Positions 12,600-25,785 of a DNA stretch of 64,000 bases are shown one piece after another. Origin of the DNA: Pocillopora damicornis (Eukaryota); NCBI RefSeq assembly GCF_003704095.1, contig NW_020846901.1:248001-312000 (forward strand). The letters run 5' to 3'. Position 1 is the first letter of the stretch; every line of letters starts with the position of its first letter. Under the pieces are notes generated by a model. The model was not told where the DNA came from, did not search any database, and saw only the letters and a list, made by a program, of their open reading frames with translations. The translations under genes and the position numbers were made by a program.

Positions 12600-15500
12600 T
12601 GGAAATACCGTCAAATGGAAGAACACAGTATGCGTTGAGTAAGTAAAACCAAAACATGCTTTTGTCGTAAACACTGATCCGAAATTGGATAAATTGATTG
12701 TTACGAGCGGTGTTTGGGCTTATGTGTTTATGTACAGCATGGACATTTCGCAGGTCACAGGTGCATGTTTGCAAGCAATTTTTGTCTGTTAAATTTGATA
12801 TTTTTTATAAAGTAAACTTTGCCAGGTAACAACTAAAATCCTTAAGCTTTAGTTTTGCAAGTCTATGCTATAAAACGGAACAAGGATACAGCGATAGGTT
12901 TTCTTGATAGCTCAAGGTACTGACGTTTTAATAACAACCGGCATTAGCAATATTTCAATCTCACGCTCTGACGGTTTTCTCTTAACACTGATAAAGAGCA
13001 CTGCCTGTGTAGACAGAGGAGCAAGGGACATACCTGCAAATAAAAACAAGAGTTCATAGACATTCGATATATCGTATTTTGGACGTCAGAACTTAAAAAA
13101 TATGACTTTTCTTGTGTTCGTGAAAGAGTTTTTTGGCTAGCTACGCCCAGTCCGAAGAGTAGTCATTCCCAAAGGGCGTGAACGTAGTTCATTGCATGGG
13201 ACATCAAGAGAGCATACCATGAACTAATAACTATTAGGCGATATATAACTAAAAAGATCATTTAGTTTTTGCATTGGAATTGAAGCTTCATTTGTGATCG
13301 TTTCTAATCTGGTAAAGAAAAAGGAAAGTTCTTGGAAACAATTTCTTTTCCCGCCTGGCGCGACGGGTGGACTGACAGGTGGCAAAAATCATTATTTGTT
13401 TTAGAGGAGTGTCACCTTAATTTATAACTCTGTTTTTCTATGTTTCTATTTGTGATTTTGTTTTCGTTGGTAAAGAACAAAACCGGAATATATTAGAAAT
13501 GATAAATAAATCTGATGCAAGAAAGTCATCGTTATAAATCTGGTTTCTTCCACTTAGACTCCAGATAGAATGACAAATTTTGTACCAAAAATTGTAACAC
13601 ATAATGCTAGTTACCGACGTGAAGTTTTAAGTATTATGACAGCTTTTACAATAACTCGACATTAATTGTTTTCCTGGAACAATTACAAGGTAGGGGAGCC
13701 TCGTAATTAACGGTCAATCGGATAATTTGAGGGTAACCAATATTTATGAGCTGTTGTGAATTAAGAGATAAGAAATCCTTTGGGAAAATTTTCACAGCAT
13801 TCCTTACTGGTTACCTTCTTCGTATTTTGGGTCTCATGGACAGAACTGAGATGATTCAGGATTCAATGATTTTTAAAAGCCTGCTTCATCTCAAGGCGGG
13901 ACTTATTATTTCAATCTGAATATGCTTTTTTATAAAAAGAGCGGAATAAATTTTAGCCAACCTCTCTACAAAGAGTGAACTTCCATAAAACTTATTTTGC
14001 AGTGTATAATTCTAAATTTTGTTCAGAGGTTTATAAAATAGAAAACAAAAACTATCCTACTGAAATCGATAGATTCTGAATTTTTTCAAGTAACATATCT
14101 ACTTTATTTCAGACCTTTCTGACCAGACCTCTGAGGAAACTGACGTCATACCTCAAGATAACTCAGCTGATATCAGCGCTTTCCTTCTCCCTGCCATTGG
14201 CGCGTTACTTATGCTCATTTTCGGCGGTATACTTTTTTCAAGCGGAACCGTCCCATGCAAAACCAAAAAAATGTCGGAGGATAAGTTTAAAAGAAAATTT
14301 GAACAAAAATATGGGCGACGGACGATTTGTTTTCATAACATACCGGAGAAAATCGCAAAAGAACCGTCCTCTGTGCTGCAGCAAGAAAACAACGACGTTG
14401 TGGATGCTGTAAGGAAAGAATATCAAGATTTACCGCAGTTCCAGCCAGTCAGCGGATTAGTTGGCAACATCGGGGGATTACTTGGGCAGACATGCGTAGT
14501 AAATATATCTAAGGCGGAAGTCAGAGATACAGGTGTAAGTCCAATTCATTTCAACACAAAAGATTGCAAAAAGACTTCGTATCAAGACAGGGATTGCGTG
14601 ATGGAATGTTTTAGCAGAGACGACCATGCACAAAGAAATCCCGCTGCATCCAGCGGAATTGGTACTGATTCTCCGGATAGTTACGAAGTCGATAGTTTAG
14701 AAAAGTATCCGATCAGTGAACATCATTCTTTAAGTTTCCACGAAGGAGAAATAAATGAGATACCCGGCAGGCATAAGACACCTCAGTTTGACTATGGAGT
14801 TTATGGTGGAGGACGAGCAAGTGTGCTCCAGTTAGAAAGTGCTCCTAGCACTTTATGTGTTAAAGGCTGCAATTGTTCCATACATGGGGCAGATGCTGAA
14901 AAAATGAGAACCAGTGCAGAGAAGCCTCGAGTTAACAAAACACAACTTACTTGGGGTGATATTGCACAAAGCTCAAATAAAACTCAGAATCATGGGAGCG
15001 AATGTGACGCATATACAGCGCACAGTGATATGATAAAGCCTCAAACTCCAGGTGCGCAGATATCTGGATCTTTAACGTCAGAGAATATGAGAGAAATTAA
15101 TAAAAGTCCACTGAGACGCATGGATTTGGAAAAATGGCTAAACGATGTGGAAGAGTCCCGCAATGAAGGAGGGAAGATCAGCCCTTCGGCTATTGACTCT
15201 CCTGACGAGGAAATTGGAAGGCCTTGGTGCGCAACTCATGAGAGGGACTGTCAATCGAGCCGGAGAAAAATGCGTGCACCGCTTCAGGAAAGTTTACAGC
15301 TGTTGGCAAAACTGCAGGTAATTTCAGAAGATGATTTGCCTCTGGCTCAGAACTCAGTCCATCGTGGAGGTCGCCTAAGCTGCTTGCAAACGGTAAGGGC
15401 ACCAGGCTCACTGTGTTTGGATCCAGGTAGTTGCAAAGGGCATGGTGAGTTTCAGATGACCTCCAGCCAATCAGATAAGACAAATACGACAACTGCTGAA

Positions 15501-16802
15501 AATAGTTCTGAGTTTCTGAATGACGATCGTCAGCTTGTTACATCAAGAACTGAGCGCCTCGCGAAAGGTGGAAGACAGAGTACTTTAAATCTCCTTAGAG
15601 CGTCAAGTGCGATGTGTATTCATGGACCTTCGTGTAGAGTTCATTGCCAGAAAACGGTAGAAAAGTTTCCCTGCATACCTGAGAAAGGTTTTAAAGCGGC
15701 GTTACACTCTGAACAAACAGAACTAAGAGGTGCCAGCATTTTGGGTGCTGTCCAAAGTGAAGAAGAAGATAGAGCGATCATTGAAACCACTGCAAGACAA
15801 AGTGAATTTGTGAACACGGATATCAGAGAGAATGAACTTCGAGGGGCGAGTATCTTTGGTGATTTCTGCTCTGTGAGAGATATGAACTTGAGAGGAGCGA
15901 GCAGCTTTGCTGAGCAACCTAAAAGAAAGTTTCATAGTGGTCGCAGTTGTGGCGATGAAGCAAACAATTTTCAAATAAACTTGGAAGAAAATAGGGGTGC
16001 AAGTTGCTTTGCACTGATCGATGAAAGTGTAGCGGATACATCAAGCGTGACACTAAGCTTCGCTGTGGAATCTGACACAGACAGTTTTTTTCCCGATAAA
16101 AACTCGAGGCAGAAGAATAAGGTGGTTCTAAGTAACACTCTACATGACAACTTAGAAGTTAAAGATGCAAAGAAATACCAGACTGTGGATGGTAGAATCT
16201 CAACTACTAATGCCTCAGAAAAAAAGGATGTTGGTCTTGTCCAAAGAGAACATTCAAAAAATTTTGATCAGCGAATTTTAAAAGTGGGTAAAGACACTCA
16301 AATAATGTCTACTCTTTTAAATGCACTTCGACGAGATGGTGAAAAGCGCAAAGAGCAGCAAAATATCGACCAAGGATCCAATCATCTTACGAGCGACAAA
16401 GAAGCTTTAGTAGGAAATCTAAAAGTGTCTGTTTTGTACAAGAACGGTAATTCTGTCACCTCTTTGCTTTACGTCTCTATTTTGGGTCTTGAAGTTACTC
16501 TAAACGAAAATGTAATGCCAGAATGCGATGTTTACGTGAAAGTTTGCCTTTTACCAAAATTTTCAACATGGCAGCGTACAAGGACGGTAAACATCACGGA
16601 CAGCTTTGTTTTGAAAGACCATTTTGTCATGTCTGGAGTAAAAGCAATGGATTTAGAAGAAGCTATCCTCAGATTTATGGTTGTGCGTTTGGGAGAGGAC
16701 GACAAACCCTTTGCTCAGGTGGACGTGTCATTAGAGGAACTTAAGTCATGTGATAAATTCAAAAGGACTTATGTGCTGCGTGCGCCTACCGACAACGCAT
16801 AG
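12599..16802 (+). CDS. Synaptotagmin-like protein B (TM + about 700-aa repeat-containing linker + single degenerate C2, about 909 aa)
   Basis: Exon 12599-12638 (MEIPSNGRTQYAL, A|gtaagt, phase 1) and exon 14113-16802 after a tttcag acceptor. TM segment AFLLPAIGALLMLIFGGILF. C-terminal C2: VGNLKVSVLY...VYVKVCLLPKFSTWQRTR...FVMSGV...LRFMVV, similar to the C2A of gene A. Confidence 0.8.
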
Positions 16803-18329
16803 GATGATGGGACTTCTTAAAATGAATGGGAATTAATCGAGAAACTACTCTGTATATGACTAAAGGAAAAGAAAACCCATGATAACTCTCACTTTTAATC
16901 AAAAAGTGGAATACATTTTTTGTACCGGAAAAAGATCGATATTATTGTGACTTTTCTTATATTGGAAAGATATAATTAGATAGATCTCGGTTCGCATGAA
17001 CACTTTGAAAGATTTAACCTCCATTTTTCAAATTTAAAAAAAAAAAACTGAAAATCGTCCCCAATTCTAGTCATCTTGGCGACTTTTCTACCAAAATTTT
17101 CGTCACTTTGAAGCTTGTATTTCCTGGGAACTATTGATTTAAGATTTCCTGCCAATATACGTCTTACTATTTTTAACGACCTAAATAAATCCAATATGTC
17201 TTGACTGACCTACCTCCATTGAAGAAAAAACAGGTGCTTTATTTATGTGTTTCTTGCGTGCCCAACAGAAGAGTGTTTACACTAGATAAAAACCTCCGCT
17301 TTCGGGAAACTTGGAAATAGGAATCTTTCAAACTGTTCTCATAATAGATGGTTAATTAGCTTTGACAAAATTTAAATGCATTGGGTTCATTCGAAAAGAG
17401 ATCGATTAATTACCCCCCTAACATCACCTAAATAAATTTATTTCAGTTCTCTTAATTTGCGCCACAACGAAACCGAAAAAAATTCTCAAGGCTTTCCTAT
17501 TTTCGGCCTTTCAACAAACAAGCAGTTTAGTCCAGTGTAGCTCAAACATTTGCATAATCATAATATCTTTGTTTCCTAGAAGAATGTACCATTCACTCGA
17601 CCCTGTGAAGTGACATAACCTCTATTATCTATTTCTCGCCTTAGAGAGAAAGCGTTCAAAAATCTTATTTCGGCAGATGCTTTGGAATGATAATTGCCAT
17701 TTTGGATGGAATTTTGTTTTCAAAGGTTGAAAATAAAATCAATCAAGGAATTCACTGCAAGACGTCAAAAATCAATGAAAATCAACCCGAAAGATATCAA
17801 ATCAACAAAAAGTGAGTAATGGTAGAGAGATGTTTACATGACATCGACCTTTAGAGCTCTGCATTAATGTATTGTGGTAGAATCTGGAACGCAAGAAGGG
17901 GAGAAAAAACAGATTGGCGGTCCAAAATACATAATTTAACATTGATCGAATAGTGGTTCATTATTCGAAGAGTAATCTAATTCATTTCAGCGTAAATATC
18001 GTTACTTGTGTGACGCAAAGAGAGCTGAGTGGCTTTGCAGTATTTTGCATGACAACAAACCCACGGCCAAATGGAACAAAATGTTACGCACGAGTGAATG
18101 CGGAACTTTGAAAGACGTGTATGATGGACAGATACAAATGCTTTTAATAAGCCTTATTTATATTCACAACTAATTTGCAAACGGTAATCGAACTACTCGA
18201 CCCCGCGAAAAGTCCAAGTAAGCAGAGCCTTCGACACGTTTATGCATTAATAAGTTCCCGTTTGGTTGTGACTCGAGAAAGCAACGTTTTTTACTGCGGA
18301 AAAAGGAAGCATGACTTAAGAACGTTCAA

Positions 18330-19363
18330 ATGACGGTACGTAGACACGGTATAGTTTAAAAGACTTTCAAACTTTGGCGTCCTTTTAAATCGCGGCAAGT
18401 TTTGAAGAATTTCTTATTTGGCTGCCACTCATAATTTTTTTTTTCGGACAGGATCCCAACGTTCTTGGCGTTATTTTGGGGTCAGTTCTTGGTTTTCTGG
18501 CGGGAGCCATCGTAGTCTGTGTTGGATATTTTGTTTATACAAAAAGATCGGGGACTTATAGTCCACTTTCACGGGATGTACGTGCGAAGATCGATTACTA
18601 TTCCGCCTCAAATCCCGATGGCGCATTCCTCGCCGCCCAAACTCGACCAGTTCAAGTCCAACCAAATGTATATACGCTAGCAAAGTCTTCCGCAGAATCT
18701 TACCCGGAAATAACCGAACTAAACGATGGTGATCATCGGAGAATTCGCGTAACGAGGCCTTACGAAGCTGGTGCAATTGCTACCATCCCGGAGGACAGTG
18801 AGGACGTTGAAGACGGGAGCCCGCGAAGTCTTGAGAGAAACGGGTCGACCGGCTCAGACAAGCCAAAACTATCAAAACGAATGAGTTTACCCACCACCCT
18901 TAAATCTGATGGATTATTCAATCCTAACCCAGAAGAATTCTTAAAAAAGAAATTTTCATCAGAGGAGGAGGAATGTCGGCTTGAGTTCTCGTGCTTTTAC
19001 GACACGGCCAGTCGTGAGTTACACATTACCGTAATTCAAGTTGTTGGGATTTCTACGCCAAACGAAAGTTTCTTACGCCCGCCTAGTTGCAGCGTTAAAA
19101 TGCGTATATTACCCGAGATGTTGTCGTGGCAGTGGACACGCAGAATTTCACGTACTTCGAATCCTGCTTTCAACGAAACTTTCATCGTTCCTGGTTTTGT
19201 TCACAACAAATTACGAGAGTGCACTGTACACTTTGTGGTGTTGGATTTTGATCATGTGCAGGACACTGTTTATGTGATTGGGGAAGTAATCATGCCCTTG
19301 TCAGAACTACGAGCTAACAGACTAGAGAAGATTATCAAAAGAGTGAACCCGCTTGCTTTCTAA
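18330..19363 (+). CDS. Synaptotagmin-like protein C (TM + single C2A-like domain, about 305 aa)
   Basis: Main exon 18452-19363 follows a poly-T...cag acceptor in phase 0. The likely first micro-exon is ATGACG|gtacgt at 18330-18335 (tentative). TM segment VLGVILGSVLGFLAGAIVVCVGYFVY. C2: RLEFSCFYD...VKMRILPEMLSWQWTRR...PAFNETFIVPGF...VLDFDH...VIGEV. Confidence 0.82.
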
Positions 19364-22050
19364 GTTTATTGAATAAATTTTTTTGCAATGAATTCTCTGA
19401 CAATAACATGACGATCGGGGCAAAATGGAAATTAAACACAAACAGGAAAAAATTCCTTGTAAATTAAGCCCCTTTATTCATACGCATTTAAGCGAAGCGT
19501 TTGAGGAAAGCTATCGGACTCATTTAAAAATTAAGTTTACAAACGAATCACAGCTGACTTACTAATTTAAAAGAGAGTGACGCATTGTTAAGATATATAT
19601 TTGGAATATTGCGATCTTGACCTAGGTGGTATTTCGTAAATTCGTGAGAGATAGTAACTATTATTTACACGTCATTGTCATTATAATTTTTTCTCGTCAC
19701 CATACGCATCCAACTGAAACGATTTGCCCCTTGTTATTAAGCAGGTTTACCATTTCATCCTCAAATACAGCAAGAAAAATTTTTGACCAGTGTTGGAATT
19801 GTTCGTAATATATTTAACACAATTTGTTTCGTTTTCAATACTGGTTTCTATAATTGTTTAAAAAGAATATCGTTCTAACTTGCATATATTAATTATTGGC
19901 GCTTTTTGTTTATTGGGTGGCAGCAAATAAAGTCGTGTTAAGTAATCTCTGACTTAGTGTGATTTTATGAAACCTTAATCCTGTATTTCATCGCTAATAA
20001 TCCTCCAGGTATGATAATTATGGTATTTTCACAATGAAAATGAAATAAGATGGGAAATCCGTGAAAATTGAGGGAGACATACAATCTTCGACTATTCACT
20101 ATGAGCTGCTAATACAGCGATGTATTTCACTTGTGTTACGTGAGTGGAAACCGGAGTTTTTATGGCGGTTTGTGAGAATCCAGACAGACAACTGATTGAC
20201 CAATTATGATATAGTGTATACTGCTGTGATAAAAAAATCGACCCGAGTTCCATTAAAAAATCCGAGATTCGGTCTCGCTTATCAGTCTAGTTAGACAGTC
20301 CTTCTCTTCTGAGAAAATCTGATATGAACCGCACAGGGTTTAATATTTGTGTGGGGGAATCTGGGGAGAGAACAAATCTACTCTTGGTGCAAGGTTGGGA
20401 CATCATGGAGCAGCCACTAATTGGCGCAAAAAGGCATATAGAGCGACTTTTCAAGGTCAAATTAAACGGTTAAAAAGTTTTGTTTGATATCATTCATTTT
20501 TTCCTTGTTTTGAAACTACTATGGCGATATGTGATTTGTAACAGGTCATCGGGCTGAAACAGACACATATTTGTCCAGAGCCGGCAAGGTCAGCTGTGGT
20601 TTACATAATTCCTCGAGCAATTATAAATAGAAAGTCATTATCAGAAGATGGAGAGCTTAACTGCAATCATGTTTCAAAATATTCAGGTTCAATGGATAAA
20701 TTAATCCATTGCGGAAGAAATCACACAATTGCTCTAAATTGAGTCTATATTTGGCTGCAAAAACAAATCAATCGGTCACGCAGGCACGCAATCATCAAAA
20801 ACCTGCTCAACTCCTATAAGACTTATGTACAAAATAATCATCCCTTGAGTTTAAAGGGGAAACTTTTCATTTATCTATAAACCCGTCAATTACTTAAAAC
20901 TCTACACTGCATCTCCGAAAACATGTCAGATGAAATAGTGAAGGGAAACACACATAGTGATACAAGATGCGAGGATAAGGGGAAAGAGAAGGAATGGCGC
21001 TGAGTAAACACATGAAGAATATATTTGAACCAAACAGAAATTTATATTACTAGAAAATTCACCCCGATAACTCAGCTGTTCCATTAAAATAATTTCCCTT
21101 CTTAAGCTATGCATGACTAACATAGACAGGGAGAGGAGGAAAGTGAACCGGGAGGGCTCAAGAAGCCGCTCATGCAGACATTACTTCATACCCCCACCGA
21201 TCACTAAGATTAGTACCGAGAGAAGCATTTTCCCTCTTATGGAATCAATATGCTGACGAGGAAACATTCGTGACAAGAATATGTTACCTCTTGAGTGGAA
21301 GCTGGGAAGTTTATCCATAATAGATATATGCGCAATCATCCCGCGAGAGCATAAACAAAAGAATTTTGTTTGTTCAAACATTAACGTCACCGGAAAGCTG
21401 TTTGGGTGCTTCGTACATTTTCATTCTTTTCAGTTCCTACGTAGTCCTAAAAGCCCGCGTAACTTCACGATTTCGCCACCATCTCGCGCTAATTTGTGAA
21501 CTCCAAATTAAATTATGTGAAATTTGAGACAGCTGGTATTTCCCAGTATTACCCTGTGTCTTTGACTCACGCAATAATCATAATCTCAACAAAATCAGAA
21601 ATACCCCTATTTTCTCTTGTTTTAAGGGAATATAACTGTCAGTAAAAAAATTAAAAGCTTTTTCATTCGCTATTTCCAAAGGAAGTGAAAATTCGAAAGC
21701 GAAATGTATTCCTTACAAGGGATAATCTCGAGTATGTTCTCACCCGCAGACTTCCGGTTACTCCTTGCGTGACAGAAAGCATTGTGCTTTGAGAGATCCC
21801 ATTGGTCTATCCCAAACCGGAAGCAAGGTAGCTCATAGAACACGTAAAAACGAGAACATAATTTATTTTTGACTTGGTGACTTAGCGCGCGCCAATATTG
21901 CTTTCGAAAATATGACCGACTACAATAATTTCGAGACAAATATACTCACTTCAATCATGAAATATTTCTGTAGGTAAATTCCATGGAGCAGTGCTCGAGT
22001 AAAATTTGGGTTTCGATTCACCAATGGACAGCCGTGTAGAAGTTTCCTAG

Positions 22051-25000
22051 ATGGTTAATCAAGGTAAACTACTTCAATCTAACGTTTTGTTTCCAGTATC
22101 AGTGACAATATATTCGACTGCTTTTAATAGTGTTTTAACCTTTCTGTTTTCCTTCTTTATTGTAGTTGTTTTGGCTGTTGGTTTGGGTTTAGTTGCCGGA
22201 TTGGTTGTGGTCGTTGTTTATTTGCTGATACAGTATTTTCATCAACGTTCTTCAACAAATAATTATAAATACACCCAGCTGACATCTGATCCTACACTTC
22301 GCTCGCGGACAATAATCAACCAGGACATTCCACCATTCTATATTCCCCAGGCCGTCTCTGTTCCACAACAACAACCGGCTATCGGAGAACTTCAACGAAC
22401 TTGTAGTATTTCTAAAGAGGAGTATCGGCATGGCCATGCTCATCTGTCAGCGACAGTTCACAGTGTCAACGTGCGGCGCAAAGCGGAAGATGGAGGAGGC
22501 ATACAGCTAGATGCAATCAACACTGGAACAATCTCGCCTCCGTCCATAACACCCAAATTGCCAAGAACCCCGAGGACACCGCGAAAAATTTCGCACCCAC
22601 AAAAGCAATCCTCGAAAGAAAATCTCTCTATTCCGCAGCAAAGGAAAGTTGCGGTTCACAAGAAAAACCCAGAGATAAACTTGGGAAAACTTGAGTTTTC
22701 CCTATATTACGATCAGTCTTTTCGTTTGCTGCAAATTTACGCAACCCGTGGGATTAAGATAGTGATTCTGGGAAGCGTACATCCACCTGATATACATGTC
22801 GCTGCATCGATAGTTTTAAATGGCAAACAAATTTGGGAACAGAAAACTCGTGTGGTTAAGAAAACGAACGATCCGCAGTTTAATGAAAAATTGGAGGCGT
22901 ACGGAATAACTCAAGGAAAACTTTCAGAGGGTATGTTACGCTTTCAGCTGGTGAATACTCAAACGAACACAATTATCGGAGAAGTGGAGTACATTTTAAA
23001 AGATCTTCCGCCGAACAAGTTAACAACGAAAACTCTTCCCCTGATTCCAGTTGAAATAGATGAAACAGAATGCCCCATCGAGGTATGTGTTTTGAAACTT
23101 CTTGAGCGCAGCTAATTACACAATATTGACTTATATTGCGTGACTATTTAATGTCAGTTTTTTATATCACAGATTTAAAAAAAATTCACAAAACTCAAAA
23201 TTTTTGACGAGTTCGACAAAATCTACAGAAGACCCAAGAAACATTCACTGTTGATCAAGATATCAGAAACAGACGGTAAAAATTAAGTTTATTTAAATGA
23301 ACGGATGCTTATATCATGTAAAATACCAGAAAGTTCCTCATTCCAATCTATTGAAATTTTTCAAAAGATTCCGTCAGTGTCACAGTTTGACGCGATGCTC
23401 TTTTGTTTTGCTCCTCAATTTTGCTGTGTAATTAAAAAAAAAAAAAAAAAAAAACTAATATTGGTTTTTGTAAAAATCTCAGATTTTGGTTTTTTTCTAA
23501 TGAATTGGAAAAATATACTTTAACTATGCTCCGGATCAAAAGAGCCGGAACCCAAACAATCGAGGGAGAAGATGACATTACGTCAGAGAGGCGACAAACT
23601 TGACGCCGCGACGTAGATGATAAATTTTCCTTCTTCGTATAGCTTAGAAACATCTGAGACTTTTCCCCATGTGCCAAAATTAAATAATTCCACACTTCCT
23701 TATTTTTTATTTTTTTTCCTCTCAGTTCTCAGGCAGGGATTCATACTTCTATGTTAAAATTTTTCCACACGGTTCATGATCGATATCGCCGTTATGCTGA
23801 CGCAAACTGGTCGCTAAATTTGGGTTGTTAGGAGTTGATTTAAGCGATATAGGTCTGGAGCACGTTGAGAGACTTGTGCTAATTGCAAAGTTTGTCGACG
23901 GTAGGGATGCTGACGCAATGCATTAAAAAAAATAGAAATTTCATCAACAAAATATTTTACAATGGGGGGGTTGTTCACCAGCGTCTGAATGAAATTTAGG
24001 AAGATATTAGGGATTATATAAAATACACATTTTAAACTCCCCCCCTCCACTCTTGTTAAGTCCTTGCACGAATGCAGCAGCTGTTTTATTCACAGCAGCG
24101 ACAAAAAAAAGAGAACTTAGCAGAAAATTTTTGATACGAGGACAGCAACTGAAAAAGGATAAAATTAATTCTTACGCGCTTGACGCTGATGGTTACGAGC
24201 GACTGTGAAAGGGTCGTCTTAAACTAAATTGGGAGGACCATAAAGGTGGAGAAAGAAGTTTTGTCTTCTGGTTGCGGTCTGAAGAACATTTTCCTTTACG
24301 GAAACCTCATGACCTACAATTGAGCGCTTTTTTGGGCTCGCTTTTATTTCGGGAACATAACTGGGAGAAGCAAAAACCATCGAGTCCAAGCCACTTAGGT
24401 AGCCGCTTTTGACAGTCAAGTGTTCGCTTCCGTTGAGTCTAACAAGCTCACTTTTTACATCGGATTGATAAATGTCTCGGCTGGTTTTTAGTTAATCTCA
24501 TCCGTCAATATTTCAGGCAGAGACGCACTCCGATGTTTTGAGTTAATGATGTCAGGCAGAAACAGATTTCACCATTGCAATCACATCTTAGTTATCGAAA
24601 ACGGACAGCTATACAGCTATAGTCTGTGCATGCGTGGCCATAGTAGAAGGGGAAGCGAAAGAAGAGAATGAGCTTCGCCCTTAAAGCAATTTTGCCCTCT
24701 CCATCCTCTCCCCCCTCTCTACATCACCTTTTCTACGTTGGCCGTGTAGGCATGGAAAGCAACGACTAAGCATTTGTATCGACCCCCCCCCCCCCCCCCC
24801 CCCCCCCCTTTGACAAGAAAACGGCCCCTCAGGCAAAAGTTTAAAGCTAAGTAAACCATGGAGAAACTCGAGAGGGTCGTCCATCATTGACCTTTGCTAT
24901 AACCTTCCCGGCTTATCTTTTTCTGACTTTGTTTGTTTTCAGGAAGAAGTTGAAGATTTATCCTCTGAGCTTGGCGAGCTATCGATTTCTTTGTGTCACA

Positions 25001-25785
25001 ACCCGACGGATCAAAAACTAATGGTGAAGGTAAACTGTGCCAGGGGCTTACAACAGATTACAAAGGACGGGAGACTAAGTGAGTAGCCCTTCCAGATAAC
25101 AACAACAATAACAAAGTGTATAAATAAATAAGAGAAAGAAAGATAATAAAACAAGATAATTTTTTTACAAACTCTCTCTACCATAACGAATGATTAATAA
25201 CTTCTTAGATTATTTTCATGGATGATATATCGGAGTTTTCTCATATGTTGAAGCACAAAGTATCAAGAAAAATGCTCGATTAAGACACTCAATTGTACAT
25301 TAAATGAAAATGGTTGAATTTTTTAGATACCTTATTTAATTGCAGTGAAATATCTTTGTGCAGTTCGATCGACATGTCCTTTCGGCTCGCCAAACACTGT
25401 TCAAAAACTCTTGGAAAAGGTTTGGTAATAGCGTACAGTTAACGTCGACTGTCGGTATCTTTTTTCAGATCCATTTGTGAAACTAGATCTCACCTTCTGT
25501 GGACGGAAGCTTAGCACTCGGACGACAAAAACTGCTCATAACACCAAAACACCAAACTTCAGCGAAATGTATGTGTTCGATGTGGACTCAGACAAACTGC
25601 CTCAGATCACGCTGTTCTTCAAGGTTAAGCATCGTGGTAGAGTGCGTGACGTTCCCTTGGGCACGGTGCATCTTGGGTATTGCGTGAATGTCGAGAGCGA
25701 ATACAAACACTGGGAACAAGCCATGGAAAAGCCTCACCTTGAAATAGAGCAATGGCACACTCTCCAAGAGTATTTTATTGAATGA
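22051..25785 (+). CDS. Synaptotagmin-like protein D (TM + C2A + C2B, about 460 aa), probably Ca2+-independent
   Basis: Exons 22051-22063 (MVNQ, tentative), 22166-23082, 24943-25078 and 25469-25785; phases 1, 0, 1. TM segment VVLAVGLGLVAGLVVVVVYLLIQYF. C2A: LGKLEFSLYYD...DPQFNE. C2B: LGELSISLCHNP...NPFVKL...PNFSEMYVFDV...HWEQAMEKPHLEIEQWHTL. Confidence 0.87.
24783..24807. repeat. Poly-C tract
   Basis: About 25 consecutive C in intron 2 of synaptotagmin-like gene D. Confidence 0.9.

Noticed and set aside
17775-17811. ATG exon (MKINPKDIKSTK) with a gtgagt donor as the first coding exon of gene C
   Set aside because: The donor is phase 1 but the 18452 acceptor needs phase 0, so it could only be a UTR or uORF exon.
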